A program made the translations under genes and the position numbers. Below are positions 25,591-36,682 of a DNA stretch of 58,357 bases, piece after piece. Source of the stretch: Methylococcaceae bacterium (GTDB lineage: Bacteria > Pseudomonadota > Gammaproteobacteria > Methylococcales > Methylomonadaceae). Positions within the stretch are counted from its first letter, which is position 1, and each line of letters starts with the position of its first letter. The stretch lies in contig JABFRC010000055.1 of assembly GCA_013141375.1 (NCBI GenBank), forward strand, positions 1-58,357. The letters run 5' to 3'. The notes under the pieces were generated by a model. It worked only from the letters and a program-made list of their open reading frames with translations. It did not search any database and had not been told where the DNA came from.

Positions 25591-27933
25591 TTATTGATCA
25601 GTTGCCGAGTTATCTTTTACGACTTTTGGGGTCACAAAAATCAATAGTTCTTTTTTATCGTCATTTACATCGGTGCGCTTAAACAAGAAGCCAATGCCCG
25701 GCAAATCTGCAAAAAACGGTATTTTATTGACCAACTTACTTTGAGCACCCTCAAACACCCCACCCAACACGACAGTTTCACCATCCATTACTTGCACATT
25801 GGTTTCTATTTCTCGTTTTATCAGTGGCGGCACGTTGTTAATGGCGGCGGCAAAGTTCGGCTCATCTTTGGTAATATTTAAAGCCATAATGATTGCTCCA
25901 CTAGGGGTTACCTGAGGAATAACGCCCATCTCAAGAAGCACCTCTTTAAACTGAACGTTAGTACCATTTTGGCTGACCGTTGTATAAGGTATTTCAAAAC
26001 CTTGTTTAATGGTTGCCTGGCAACGATCAGTAGTCATTACGCGAGGATTAGAGACAACTTCGCCTTTTCCTTCATCCTGTAATGCCGATAATTCAAGGTT
26101 AAGCACATAATCCGCCCCCCTAGCTAAGGTCATGCCTAATGCACCATAGGGATTAGATTTTGTGGCTAAATCCACCAACATTTCTTTAACTTGACCGGTA
26201 CCATCAATCGCAGCTGAGGTCCCGGCACCACCTACGGCAAATGTCTTATTCGACCCAACGACAGCTTCTTTGGCCACACCAAAGCGAACGCCCAGGTTTT
26301 GCACAAAATTATTACTGGCGATCACCACCCGTGATTCAATCATCACTTGCCGAACCGGGATATCCAGTTTGCGTATCAATTTTTTGATGTCCTCCAAGCG
26401 TTTGGCAGTTTCCCTGACGATCAATGTATTGGTTCTGGCATCAACAATCGCAGAACCTCGCGGTGACAGCATTCTAAGTTGATCATTGCTTCCACCTGAG
26501 CCACCCGCGCCTGAGGCTTGGCCTTGACCTTGGCCACCTCCTAGCCCTCCGCCTGACATAGAGGCATTTGAATTTGATGAGCCAAAACCTGAAGAACCAC
26601 TAGAGGATGAACTTGATGAAGATGAACCGGATTTGCCACTAGTACAAGCTCCAAAGCCACCAGTATCCCGACCATTTAACAGGTTTCTGAAATTTTCAGC
26701 TTTGGCGTAATTAATACTGATGTACTCGGTAACCAGAGGGTCTAATTGCTCGACAACTTTTTGGGTCTCTTCTTGTTTCTTTTTATAGTCTTTAATTTTG
26801 TCTAAAGGGGAAATCAGCGTGACGTTGCCAGTTTCGAATTTACCCAATTCTTTGGTCATCATAATGAAGTCAAGTGCTTCATCCCATGGCACATCATCCA
26901 GTTTAAGAGTGATGGTGCCACGAACATCATCACCTGCAACCACGTTTTGACCGGTAAATTCAGCCAAAATTGCAATAACGCTACGAATTTCTATTTCCTG
27001 GAAATTTAACGATAAGCGGTTACCAGAGTATTTAACTCGTGACCTGTCCAAGGCATCTTTTTCTTCGTTGCTTAAAGGCCGGAACTCTATAGTCAACAAA
27101 CCATCAGATTGAAAAACTGAATAGTCATACAAATTGTTTTGTAGCGATACGGTAATGGTGGTTTCTTGATTACTTGAAACCGTATCAATAAATTTAACCG
27201 GTGTCGCAAACTCAGAAACATCAAGCCTTCTGGATAGATTGGCTGACAACTGTGTATTCAAGAAGTTGATGATGACTTTGCCACCTTCTTCTTTGGAATT
27301 AACTATAGTGTTCGGGTTTGCAAGGTTAACTAAAATGCGTCCTTCACCTTTTTCTCCGCGTTTGAAATCAAATCCACTGATAGCTTGTGCCGGCAATAAT
27401 GCTGTAGCAACCGAATTTGCAGATTTATCCCCAACCGGAATTAATGGTCTTGATGATAAAGGCGCAACAGATGAAGCCGGCTTAGTTACAGGAGAAACCG
27501 GAGCTTGACCAATAGCAACAGTGCCAGGAGCCACTGCCTTCGCACGAGTTAAAGTGAGCAGCACCTTATTACCTTCCACATGCGTTTCATAAGGAGTGGT
27601 TTCCAGTAGATTAACCACCACTCGCACTCTACCCGATGCTTCAACCACATAGACGCTACTCACCGCCCCCTGATTAACGGGGTACATTTTTTTAGGAAGG
27701 GCGTTTTTTGTACCTTCAAAATCAAGTGCTATACGCGCCGGGTTGTCGGTTTTAAAGACTTTTGGTGCAACAGCAGAGCCACCAGTGATTTCTAACTGCA
27801 TCTGAAGCCGATCACCAGACTGGGTGGCGAAATCTATGCCTGTTATTGCTAATTCACTAGCTTCTGCAGCAGATATTTGCATCAATCCTATTAACAACCC
27901 CAAGCCGATGCGAGTCCATAAATAACGCCCCAT
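25591..27933 (-). CDS. pilQ: Type IV pilus secretin PilQ
   Basis: AMIN-type N-terminal repeats and the secretin core 'VRQVMIESRVV', 'NPRVMTTDRCQATIKQG.EIPY', 'VVLGGVF...NKIPFFADLPGIGFLFK'. I placed the start at the ATG at 27933, which has AAGGTGA upstream and gives a classical signal peptide 'MGRYLWTRIGLGLLIGLMQISAAEA'. Alternative starts are 27969, 28011 and 28047. Confidence 0.9.
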   Translation of the reverse strand: MGRYLWTRIGLGLLIGLMQISAAEASELAITGIDFATQSGDRLQMQLEITGGSAVAPKVFKTDNPARIALDFEGTKNALPKKMYPVNQGAVSSVYVVEASGRVRVVVNLLETTPYETHVEGNKVLLTLTRAKAVAPGTVAIGQAPVSPVTKPASSVAPLSSRPLIPVGDKSANSVATALLPAQAISGFDFKRGEKGEGRILVNLANPNTIVNSKEEGGKVIINFLNTQLSANLSRRLDVSEFATPVKFIDTVSSNQETTITVSLQNNLYDYSVFQSDGLLTIEFRPLSNEEKDALDRSRVKYSGNRLSLNFQEIEIRSVIAILAEFTGQNVVAGDDVRGTITLKLDDVPWDEALDFIMMTKELGKFETGNVTLISPLDKIKDYKKKQEETQKVVEQLDPLVTEYISINYAKAENFRNLLNGRDTGGFGACTSGKSGSSSSSSSSSGSSGFGSSNSNASMSGGGLGGGQGQGQASGAGGSGGSNDQLRMLSPRGSAIVDARTNTLIVRETAKRLEDIKKLIRKLDIPVRQVMIESRVVIASNNFVQNLGVRFGVAKEAVVGSNKTFAVGGAGTSAAIDGTGQVKEMLVDLATKSNPYGALGMTLARGADYVLNLELSALQDEGKGEVVSNPRVMTTDRCQATIKQGFEIPYTTVSQNGTNVQFKEVLLEMGVIPQVTPSGAIIMALNITKDEPNFAAAINNVPPLIKREIETNVQVMDGETVVLGGVFEGAQSKLVNKIPFFADLPGIGFLFKRTDVNDDKKELLIFVTPKVVKDNSATDQ

Positions 27934-28007
27934 TTTGTTCACCTTAATGTCGGTTTGTTTATTAATCATTACGTTGTTCCTCAAAATACCTGTATGCGGG
28001 GCACTAA

Positions 28008-28568
28008 TCATTCGGTCAGCACTAATGATGCTTGCTGTTCGCGCCAAGTTCCTGGTTTATCAGGCACAATTTCCATCAGTTCAATTTTATCGACACTGAT
28101 GCGGATAATTTTGCCGTAATTTTTGCCTATATAATTTCCAAGCCTAACCCGATGGATAGTTGTGTCATCAGCCCTCACCAGTCCCCACAAATTGTCGTCC
28201 ATAAAAACAGAACCGACCATTTTTAATACTTCCAACGGAAAGGCTTCCAACTCTTCTTTGCGCCTTGTAGTGTCAGGCTTTATACCACTCCCTGTTGCGG
28301 CGACTGCTGCTTCCGTTTGTTCGGGTTGAGCCAAGGGCTTAAAAGGATCTCGCAGATCTTCGGCTTTAAATACAAATGGCTCAATTACCTTAATCTCCGG
28401 AAGCGGTTTAATAGGTGCTTTTGGCCTTGATTTAACTTCTGAGACAAATTGATTTAGGTCGTTTAAATCGTCACTGCTGCAACCTGCAGTAGCCACCAAA
28501 AATAGTGCGCAAATTGCCTTAATCGTGTATTGAGTAACTACATTTAAGGGTACTTTATTTAGTGTCAT
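28008..28568 (-). CDS. pilP: Type IV pilus inner-membrane-platform lipoprotein PilP
   Basis: From the ATG at 28568 the product has the lipoprotein signal 'ICALFLVATAGC'. The PilP-like C-terminal beta-domain is 'LEVLKMVGSV.....WGLVRADDTTIHRVRLGNYIGKNYGKI'. The track start at 28712 runs through the pilO 3' end. Confidence 0.8.
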   Translation of the reverse strand: MTLNKVPLNVVTQYTIKAICALFLVATAGCSSDDLNDLNQFVSEVKSRPKAPIKPLPEIKVIEPFVFKAEDLRDPFKPLAQPEQTEAAVAATGSGIKPDTTRRKEELEAFPLEVLKMVGSVFMDDNLWGLVRADDTTIHRVRLGNYIGKNYGKIIRISVDKIELMEIVPDKPGTWREQQASLVLTE

Positions 28569-29202
28569 TTGCTTTCCCCCTCTTTTTCTTGGGGCCTGTG
28601 TCAGAAGCCGACTCACCACCTTCGTTATAAGTCTTAACAGTTGCTGACATAACCATCTCTGCCCCTTTCGCGTCTTTGCTGTCCTTGGCTTTTGGAGCAA
28701 TATTGACATCATGGACAGTTACAATCCGAGGCAATGAAGCCAATCCGCTTACGAACAAACCCAGTTCTTCATACTTACCTTCCACCTGAATACTAATAGG
28801 TAGTTCAGAGTAAAAATCCTTTCTTACCGGCGGACTGGGTTTAAATAATTTAAATTCTAAGCCACTTGCCAAGCCTGTTTGGGAAATATCAACGAGTAAA
28901 CTGGCGACCTCCTCCTCAGTAGGCATTTGCCGTATCATTTCTTCCAACTCAGCTTCAATTTGGGTTAACTGGTCTTTGTAATCCTGTAAATTAACCGCTT
29001 TCTTTTGTTTTGTTTCGAATGATTGTTTTAGATCAATCTCTTTCTTTTCAGCCAAGTCAAGAGCATCCAACTGCTCTAATGTGTCGTAATAAACGACACC
29101 TATTGACGTTAAAACACTTAACAAAACAACTGCTGCCAATTTTATCGGAAATGGCCATAATCCCGATTGATTCAAATCCCAGTTGATATCTGACAAATTC
29201 AT
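28555..29202 (-). CDS. pilO: Type IV pilus assembly protein PilO
   Basis: 215-aa ORF with an N-terminal TM segment, a coiled coil, and 'LPISIQVEGKYEELGLFVSGLASLPRIVTVHD'. In pilMNOPQ order. Confidence 0.85.
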   Translation of the reverse strand: MNLSDINWDLNQSGLWPFPIKLAAVVLLSVLTSIGVVYYDTLEQLDALDLAEKKEIDLKQSFETKQKKAVNLQDYKDQLTQIEAELEEMIRQMPTEEEVASLLVDISQTGLASGLEFKLFKPSPPVRKDFYSELPISIQVEGKYEELGLFVSGLASLPRIVTVHDVNIAPKAKDSKDAKGAEMVMSATVKTYNEGGESASDTGPKKKRGKANDTK

Positions 29203-29774
29203 TATTTACCCCCAGTTGCAACGTCAGCGTTTTTAACGCCTTGCTTTGCCCGCAACGTAAAATCACTTAGCTGCTCAACGTTGGCTTTATCAGGTGTTTG
29301 AATCACGGTCAATGATGGCGAATTCAACCATTTAGAGGACTCTATGGCTCTCATAAACGCTGAAATACGTGCGTTTGATTGTGATTTTCCTTCAAACGTC
29401 AGATCTACACCAACCTGGACAAACTTACTGAGAAAAACCCCGTCAGGAGTCACTCTTGGCAGTTCATCAAACAAATGCACAATTTCAGGACGACTCTCCT
29501 GCAATTTTTGAATTAATTCAATCTTGGTAAGCAACTTTGATTTCTTTTCTTCAATGCTATTTATCTCGACAATTTTTTTGTCCACAGCAGCAATTTCATC
29601 TTGGAGAAATTTGTTTCTTTGCTCTTGGTAGGCTTGTAAGCCAGCAATGTATAAATGGACAAATACAAAAATCAGCAACGTAAAAAGCACACCGGCAGCT
29701 AACGAATTAAAAAAATCTCTTTTTTGCTGCGCCCGACGTTCTTCTCGCCAGGGTAATAAATTGATTTTGGCCAT
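29202..29774 (-). CDS. pilN: Type IV pilus assembly protein PilN
   Basis: The 'MAKINLLPWREERR' N-terminus is the conserved PilM-binding motif, followed by a TM segment. 1-nt overlaps at both ends. Confidence 0.9.
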   Translation of the reverse strand: MAKINLLPWREERRAQQKRDFFNSLAAGVLFTLLIFVFVHLYIAGLQAYQEQRNKFLQDEIAAVDKKIVEINSIEEKKSKLLTKIELIQKLQESRPEIVHLFDELPRVTPDGVFLSKFVQVGVDLTFEGKSQSNARISAFMRAIESSKWLNSPSLTVIQTPDKANVEQLSDFTLRAKQGVKNADVATGGK

Positions 29775-30835
29775 TAGTCAAAACTCCTCAATGCCAAACC
29801 GCAGGCAATCATCATTGCGGGAGCATCGTTACTTAATAGCTGGGGTTTGACCCTATTTGATAAGGCCATGTTAATAAATGGATTAGCAACATAAGTGGGC
29901 ACGCCCATTATCTGTTCAACTAATTTGTCTATTCCAGGAATAGACGCGCAACCACCGGCTAAAACAACACTATCAATCCGTCTGTTTGCACTTGAGGAAA
30001 CAAAAAACTGCATTGAACGTTGAATTTGTTGAACCATTGCTCGTTTGAATGGATCAAGTACATCTGTTGAATAGTTATCTGGCAATCCACCGTGCTTTTT
30101 GGCCAAACCGGCCTCTTCATAAGACAGCCCATAGCGGCGTTGAATTTCTTCTGTAAGCTGCTTTCCACCAAAACCTTGTTCACGCGTATAAACAGTTCGA
30201 AGATTGTACAGAACATTCAACGTAGTCATTGTTGCTCCTGTATCAACGATAGCAACCGTTTGACCTTCAATGGCATCCGGCAATTGATCCGCCAGTAAAG
30301 TAAAGGCGTTCTCGATGGCAAATGCTTCAACATCGACCACTCGAGCTTTTAATCCGGCTTTTGCTAGCGCTTCAACACGGTCATTCACATTTTCCTTTCT
30401 GGAAGCTGCGAATAAAACATCAACAAGTTCCGGATTATTTTCATTTTCATGCTGAACTTCAAAGTCAAAACTTACGTCATCTAAGGAATAAGGTACGTAT
30501 TGATCGGCTTCAACCAGAATTTGCTCTTCAAGCTCGTCGTCAGTCAAAGCCGCGGGCATTGTTATCATCTTAGTCATTACAGACGACCCTGCAACAGCAA
30601 CGGCCGCCTGCTTAAGTTTTGTGCCCGACTGACGGACTGCAACTTTGATGGTTTCAGCAATGATATCGATATTGGCAATATTCTTATCTATAACGGCATC
30701 TTGCGGTAGCGGAGCAACTGCATAGCTCTCTACCCGATACCGGGCACCCGCTTTGCTCAATTCAAGTAATTTAACAGCAGCAGTACTAATATCAATACCC
30801 AATACGGCAGTCTGCTTTTTATTTGGCCAGCTCAT
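29774..30835 (-). CDS. pilM: Type IV pilus assembly ATPase-fold protein PilM
   Basis: 353-aa actin-like ORF 'LGIDISTAAVKLLELS', 'VDTGATMTTL', 'VLAGGCASIPG'. Confidence 0.95.
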   Translation of the reverse strand: MSWPNKKQTAVLGIDISTAAVKLLELSKAGARYRVESYAVAPLPQDAVIDKNIANIDIIAETIKVAVRQSGTKLKQAAVAVAGSSVMTKMITMPAALTDDELEEQILVEADQYVPYSLDDVSFDFEVQHENENNPELVDVLFAASRKENVNDRVEALAKAGLKARVVDVEAFAIENAFTLLADQLPDAIEGQTVAIVDTGATMTTLNVLYNLRTVYTREQGFGGKQLTEEIQRRYGLSYEEAGLAKKHGGLPDNYSTDVLDPFKRAMVQQIQRSMQFFVSSSANRRIDSVVLAGGCASIPGIDKLVEQIMGVPTYVANPFINMALSNRVKPQLLSNDAPAMMIACGLALRSFD

Positions 30836-31075
30836 GTTACACCCTTTAAAAACCGATCATTTTTGTGACTCATGGCATACAGGGGGACACCCGCCGCACC
30901 ACCAACAATCTTTGCAGGCGAAAGTATAGTAGTGTTTTTTATTTTAGCCCCTAAAATGTCTTGCCTGTTTTTCGTGATTTCTTCTCTATCGTACTAATAA
31001 CGCTCTAAATTTGAAGACATCGTTCCTTTATTCCCGAAATTAATTTGTAATTTTACGATGTCTCCCGGATAACTT

Positions 31076-33403
31076 GTGGCAAAAAAATCATTTATTAAAC
31101 GCTGCCTCCAATGGTTCGTGATAATTTTTCTTGTATTAGGACTCTCATCAGCTGTTGCGGGATTTTATCTATTCCGGCATTTGAGCACTGATTTACCGGA
31201 CATCAAGAAACTACGAGATGTTCAATATCAAATTCCATTAACAATCTACAGCAAAGAAAAACTCTTAATCGCCCAATTCGGCGAAAAAAAACGCATCCCT
31301 ATTTCCATATCGCAAGTACCGGTACTTTTAATGAAAGCGTTTCTTGCTGCAGAAGATGACAGCTTTTTCGCTCACCAAGGCGTAGATGCCAAAGGATTAC
31401 TTAGAGCCGGCATTGAATTAGCGTTAACAGGTAAAAAAAAACAGGGAGGCAGCACCATAACCATGCAAGTCACTCGTAATTTTCTGTTAAGTAACGAAAA
31501 GACCTACACCCGAAAGCTGAAAGAAATCATCCTCGCTTTAAAAATAGAGCGTGAGTACTCAAAGGACAAAATCCTTGAACTGTATTTGAACCAAATTTTT
31601 ATGGGGCATAGAGCATACGGCATCGCCGCTGCCGCTCAGGTTTATTTCGATAAGTCATTAGATGAACTGACACTTTCCGAACAAGCAATGCTTGCCGGAC
31701 TACCAAAAGCACCATCCTTATACAACCCCATCACCAATGAGTCGAGGGCAATGGAACGCCGTAATTATGTACTTAGACGCATGCTCGATCTTAAATTCAT
31801 AAACCAAGGAGCCTACGAAGAAGCCCAGGCACAACCCTCAACTGCAAAACTACAAGCTGCAACTCCACAAATTTCCGCACCTTACTTTGCCGAAATGGTT
31901 CGTCAAAAAATGGTCGATCAATATGGAGATCAAGCCTATACCTCGGGATTTCAGGTTTATACAACATTAGATGGCCAGCTCCAATCCATAAGCAATCAAG
32001 CGCTTGCAAACACACTACATGCTTACGACGAACGCCATGGATATCGAGCAAAAAACACAACCAAACCCAAGAAAGACAACTTTCCGGATATGCCCGTTAT
32101 TGGAGATACTCAGCCAGCTTCAGTTGTAGAATTGAGTAACGGGAGCGCAAAAGTAAAACTTCAAGATAACAGTGTGGTCAAAATCTTTGACCAATCAATT
32201 CAATGGTCTGGAAAAACATTAAGTACGCTGATTAAACCGGGCAGTCTTGTCCGCATCCGCCAATTACCCAACCAAAGCTGGACATTAACGCAAATTCCTC
32301 AAGTAGAAGGCGCTTTCGTCTCTTTAAACGCAAGTAGCGGCGCAATTTTGTCATTAACTGGCGGATTTGATTTTTCTCGAAATAAATACAATCGGGTAAC
32401 ACAGTCCAAACGCCAGCCTGGCTCTGGCTTTAAGCCCATCATTTACACTACAGCCTTAGAGGAAGGTTACACTCCGGCAAGCATGATTAATGATGCCCCC
32501 GTAGTGATCGACATTCCTGGACAGGAAAATGAGTGGCGACCTGAAAACTACAGTAAAAAATTTTACGGCCTTACTAGCTTAAGAGACGCAATCACACATT
32601 CCAGAAATATTATTTCGATCCGCTTACTCCAGCAAATAGGCATTGAAAAAGCCGTAGCCTCTGCATTGCGCTTTGGCTTTACCGAGCATCAAATCCCGAA
32701 AACATTGTCTCTGGCGTTAGGAAGTGGCGATGCCACCCCGCTACAAATGGCTCGTGTTTATGCAACATTCGCCAATGGCGGCTTTCTTATTAACCCTTAT
32801 TACATTGAACGCATTGAATCATTCCAAGGCGAAACCATTTATGAAGCAAAACCTAAGCTCGCCTGCCCAAATTGCACTGACGAAGAAGCCTCAAAAAAGA
32901 TATATGCGCCAAGGATCCTTGATCCAAAAATCAACTTTCTGATGAATTCACTACTCAGAGATGTCGTACAACGCGGCACGGCCACACCTGCAAAAATTCT
33001 AGGCAGGCAAGATTTAGCGGGCAAAACGGGCACCACCAACGAACAACGCGATGCATGGTTTAATGGCTACGCAAGCAATTTTGTAGCGACGGCGTGGGTA
33101 GGTTTTGATGATTTCTCACCACTTGGTAATCTTGAAACTGGAGGAGTCACTGCTCTACCAATGTGGATCGAATTCATGAAAACAGCATTAATCGGCGTTA
33201 CGGAGAGCACTTTGGAAATACCACCGGGAATAGTCAAAGCCTATATCAATCCCAATACAGGCTTATTAACATCGAGTTCTAATAAAAACGGAAAGTGGGA
33301 GTTCTTTCAGGAAGAAAAAGCGCCCACTATTGTTTCACCCTCTGAAAACAATGAGTTTGATAAGAAAAACCCAAACTCAATGTCAATTGATCAGATATTT
33401 TAA
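31076..33403 (+). CDS. mrcA: Penicillin-binding protein 1A (bifunctional glycosyltransferase/transpeptidase)
   Basis: 775-aa ORF with a GTG start. GT51 motifs 'AAEDDSFFAHQGVD' and 'GGSTITMQV', and TP motifs 'SGFKP', 'SRN', 'KTGTT'. Divergent from pilM, as in Pseudomonas (ponA). Confidence 0.9.
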   Translation: MAKKSFIKRCLQWFVIIFLVLGLSSAVAGFYLFRHLSTDLPDIKKLRDVQYQIPLTIYSKEKLLIAQFGEKKRIPISISQVPVLLMKAFLAAEDDSFFAHQGVDAKGLLRAGIELALTGKKKQGGSTITMQVTRNFLLSNEKTYTRKLKEIILALKIEREYSKDKILELYLNQIFMGHRAYGIAAAAQVYFDKSLDELTLSEQAMLAGLPKAPSLYNPITNESRAMERRNYVLRRMLDLKFINQGAYEEAQAQPSTAKLQAATPQISAPYFAEMVRQKMVDQYGDQAYTSGFQVYTTLDGQLQSISNQALANTLHAYDERHGYRAKNTTKPKKDNFPDMPVIGDTQPASVVELSNGSAKVKLQDNSVVKIFDQSIQWSGKTLSTLIKPGSLVRIRQLPNQSWTLTQIPQVEGAFVSLNASSGAILSLTGGFDFSRNKYNRVTQSKRQPGSGFKPIIYTTALEEGYTPASMINDAPVVIDIPGQENEWRPENYSKKFYGLTSLRDAITHSRNIISIRLLQQIGIEKAVASALRFGFTEHQIPKTLSLALGSGDATPLQMARVYATFANGGFLINPYYIERIESFQGETIYEAKPKLACPNCTDEEASKKIYAPRILDPKINFLMNSLLRDVVQRGTATPAKILGRQDLAGKTGTTNEQRDAWFNGYASNFVATAWVGFDDFSPLGNLETGGVTALPMWIEFMKTALIGVTESTLEIPPGIVKAYINPNTGLLTSSSNKNGKWEFFQEEKAPTIVSPSENNEFDKKNPNSMSIDQIF

Positions 33404-33415
33404 AATACCTGACGC

Positions 33416-36130
33416 TTAATCTAACTTTCCGTGGCACTGTTTGAATTTTTTACCTGATCCGCAAGGACAAGGGTCATTTCTACCGACTTTTAAGCCGTCA
33501 CGAGTCACAGGTGATGCTACCGAAATTTCTGGAATTTCTGGTTCTTCAGCAGCTTGCTCACCAAATGCACTAGCCTCTGGATGGTTAAATTGCATTTCCC
33601 GCGGCGCTTGTCTTTGCTGATCAATAGCATCAACATCTTCTTCCTGCCTTACCTGCACCTTCGACAAAATACCAACCACTTCATGCTTAATGTGCTCCAG
33701 CAAATCAGTAAACATGGTAAAAGCTTCACGTTTGTATTCTTGCTTGGGGTCTTTTTGAGCGTAGCCTCTTAAGTGAATGCCTTGGCGCAAATAATCCATG
33801 GCTGCCAAATGCTCTTTCCAGCTGTTATCCAATACTTGCAACATGACTGATTTTTCAAAATGCCGAAGGACGTCTTTAGTAATGCGCTGCTCTTTATCTG
33901 AGTAACTATTTTCTAAAATTTCAACAATCTTCTTACGCAAAGCCTCTTCATGCAGAGCATGGTCTTCATCAAGCATTTTCCTGACTGGAATTTGAACATT
34001 AAATTCCTCATTTATCTGATCTTCCAGCCCTTTAACATCCCACTGCTCAACCATGGTTCTAGCAGGGATATGCTGATCAATTACCGTATTAACAACGTCT
34101 GCACGTATCGCAGAAATAATCTCGGAAATATCCTCGGCCGCCATCAATTCGTTACGCTGCGAATAAACCACTTTGCGCTGTTCGTTGGCGACATCATCAT
34201 AAGCAAGAATTTCTTTGCGTATGTCGAAGTTACGATTTTCAACCTTGGCCTGCGCATTCTCGATAGCGCGAGTAACCCAAGGATGTTCAATTGCTTCACC
34301 ATCGCCCATGCCCAATTTCTGCATTAAACCGGCCACGCGATCAGAAGCGAATATACGCATCAGATCGTCTTCTAATGACAAATAAAAGCGAGTTGAGCCA
34401 GGATCGCCCTGACGTCCAGACCGACCACGCAGCTGGTTATCAATGCGGCGAGATTCATGCCGCTCGGAACCAATCACATGGAGACCACCTTTCTCAAGTA
34501 CTAGCTCATGTCTTTCTAACCAAGCGCCACGAACGCGCTGTTTTTCTACATCGCTAGCATCGGGACCTAAAGACGCCAACTCGGCTTCCAGATTTCCCCC
34601 TAAAACGATATCGGTACCTCGACCTGCCATATTAGTTGCGATGGTCACAGCACCCGGCAAGCCTGCTTGCTCAATAATATGAGCTTCGCGTTCATGTTGC
34701 TTAGCGTTTAACACCTCATGCGTTATGCCCAACTCTTTTAGCAACGCGGATAGTCGTTCAGAATTTTCAATAGAAGTTGTACCAACGAGAACAGGCTGGC
34801 CACGAGTGACGCATTGCTTGATGTCTTCAGCGACTGCATTGTATTTCTCGTTAGCCGTCAAATAAACCAAATCGCCAAGATCTTTACGTATCATTGGGCG
34901 ATGCGTTGGTATAACGATAACTTCTAAACCATAAATCTTATTCAACTCAAAAGCTTCAGTATCGGCAGTACCTGTCATACCCGATAGCTTTTCATACAAG
35001 CGAAAATAATTTTGGAAGGTTATGGAAGCCAGTGTTTGATTTTCATTATGAATAGTCACATTTTCTTTGGCTTCGATTGCTTGATGCAAGCCTTCTGACC
35101 AACGTCGACCCGTCATGATACGTCCGGTAAACTCGTCCACAATGACAACTTCATCGTTAGCAACGATATAATCGACATCTCTTTTAAAGAGAAGATTGCC
35201 ACGCAAAGAAGCATTGAGATAATGCATAAGACGTATATTTGAAGCATCGTACAAGCTGCTACCTTCTAGCATCAAGCCATGCTCGACCATCAACTCCTCA
35301 ACCCGCTCATGCCCCGCTTCTGTCAAATATACCTGGCGCACTTTTTCATCAATGGAATAATCACCCGGACCATCTTCTTTTTCCTGTTTGGTCAGGTAAG
35401 CAATAATGCCGTTGGTTTTTGTATAAACATCGGTGTTTTCTTCGGTGGGTCCAGAAATAATCAATGGCGTTCTGGCTTCATCGATCAGGATGGAATCCAC
35501 TTCGTCGACAATAGCGAAATAAAGATCTCGCTGCACCTTTTGATCCAGGCTAAAGGCCATGTTGTCGCGCAAGTAATCGAAACCAAATTCGTTGTTAGTG
35601 CCGTAAGTTATATCAGCAGCGTAAGCCGTGCGTCTTTCACTGCTATCCAATTGACTGATAATTACCCCTGTAGTCATACCTAAAAAGCCGTACAGCCTTC
35701 CCATCCACTCCGAGTCACGCTTTGCCAAATAGTCATTTACTGTAACTACATGAACACCATTGCCAGGGAGTGCATTCAGGTAAGCCGCCAAGGTTGCCAT
35801 GAGGGTTTTACCCTCACCGGTTTTCATTTCGGCAATCTTGCCATCGTGCAATATCATCCCGCCTATCAATTGCACATCGAAATGACGCATACCAAAAACA
35901 CGGGTAGAAGCCTCTCTAACAGTAGCAAAAGCCTCAGGAATCAAATTTTCCAGATTTTCTCCCTTTGCCAGCCGATCACGAAATTCTTGAGTTTTAGATT
36001 TCAACTCATCGTCAGATAATTTTTCGAATTCAGAAGCAAGCGCATTAACTTTTTTAACCAATGCTCTTTTTTTCTTCACCAGCCTGTCATTACGGCTCCC
36101 TACAACTAATTTGACCAGTTTCCCAAGCAT
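33416..36130 (-). CDS. secA: Preprotein translocase ATPase SecA
   Basis: 904-aa ORF 'MKTGEGKTL', '[19 protein letters not shown]', C-terminal Zn-finger '[14 protein letters not shown]'. Confidence 0.97.
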   Translation of the reverse strand: MLGKLVKLVVGSRNDRLVKKKRALVKKVNALASEFEKLSDDELKSKTQEFRDRLAKGENLENLIPEAFATVREASTRVFGMRHFDVQLIGGMILHDGKIAEMKTGEGKTLMATLAAYLNALPGNGVHVVTVNDYLAKRDSEWMGRLYGFLGMTTGVIISQLDSSERRTAYAADITYGTNNEFGFDYLRDNMAFSLDQKVQRDLYFAIVDEVDSILIDEARTPLIISGPTEENTDVYTKTNGIIAYLTKQEKEDGPGDYSIDEKVRQVYLTEAGHERVEELMVEHGLMLEGSSLYDASNIRLMHYLNASLRGNLLFKRDVDYIVANDEVVIVDEFTGRIMTGRRWSEGLHQAIEAKENVTIHNENQTLASITFQNYFRLYEKLSGMTGTADTEAFELNKIYGLEVIVIPTHRPMIRKDLGDLVYLTANEKYNAVAEDIKQCVTRGQPVLVGTTSIENSERLSALLKELGITHEVLNAKQHEREAHIIEQAGLPGAVTIATNMAGRGTDIVLGGNLEAELASLGPDASDVEKQRVRGAWLERHELVLEKGGLHVIGSERHESRRIDNQLRGRSGRQGDPGSTRFYLSLEDDLMRIFASDRVAGLMQKLGMGDGEAIEHPWVTRAIENAQAKVENRNFDIRKEILAYDDVANEQRKVVYSQRNELMAAEDISEIISAIRADVVNTVIDQHIPARTMVEQWDVKGLEDQINEEFNVQIPVRKMLDEDHALHEEALRKKIVEILENSYSDKEQRITKDVLRHFEKSVMLQVLDNSWKEHLAAMDYLRQGIHLRGYAQKDPKQEYKREAFTMFTDLLEHIKHEVVGILSKVQVRQEEDVDAIDQQRQAPREMQFNHPEASAFGEQAAEEPEIPEISVASPVTRDGLKVGRNDPCPCGSGKKFKQCHGKLD

Positions 36131-36256
36131 GTTTTTTCCGATGTTATGTAAGTGGATAATTAAATCAAAGTTCGCGATTATATACCTTGAATAGCTTTAT
36201 ATACAGATAAAAGCCGCCCCTGTCCAAGCAGGCCAGTTTTGACAGAGGAATTTAAA

Positions 36257-36285
36257 TTGACTTGTCACCTGACTCACCCTACAAT
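36257..36285 (+). promoter_or_regulatory. Predicted sigma70 promoter of the cold-shock gene (TTGACT-17 nt-TACAAT), giving a 5' UTR of about 145 nt
   Basis: -35 TTGACT at 36257-36262 and -10 TACAAT at 36280-36285 with a 17-nt spacer. The distance to the ATG at 36438 implies a long leader, as known for cspA-type genes. Confidence 0.5.
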
Positions 36286-36437
36286 ACTTTCAGCTTGAAA
36301 TTGATTTACCGTTATGCTTATCTCTACGATGTTCTACGTTGTAATTGCTCGTCCTGTTTATCATAAGTAATTTTCAAATTTCCCAGCTCCATCAGCCTGA
36401 ACAGGCTTACATTACAACACTCAAATTAGGACTAAAA

Positions 36438-36638
36438 ATGGCTACCGGTACAGTTAAATGGTTTAACGCAGAAAAAGGTTTTGGCTTCATTCAACAAGAA
36501 AATGGCCCAGACGTTTTCGTTCATTTTCGCAACATTAACAGCTCAGGCTTTAAATCACTTGATGAAGGACAAAAAGTCCAATTCAATGTAACTCAAGGAC
36601 AAAAAGGCCCACAAGCCGAAGAAGTTACTCTGATTTAA
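36438..36638 (+). CDS. cspA: Cold-shock protein, CspA family
   Basis: 66-aa product '[30 protein letters not shown]' carries the RNP1/RNP2 motifs. The track ORF start at 36345 is an in-frame over-extension into the leader. Confidence 0.9.
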   Translation: MATGTVKWFNAEKGFGFIQQENGPDVFVHFRNINSSGFKSLDEGQKVQFNVTQGQKGPQAEEVTLI

Positions 36639-36644
36639 TAAATA

Positions 36645-36682
36645 AAAAGCCGCGACCTAATTCATTAGGTCGCGGCTTTTTA
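36645..36682 (+). terminator. Rho-independent terminator of cspA
   Basis: Perfect 12-bp stem GCCGCGACCTAA / TTAGGTCGCGGC (36649-36676) with a 4-nt loop, followed by TTTTT. Confidence 0.8.
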
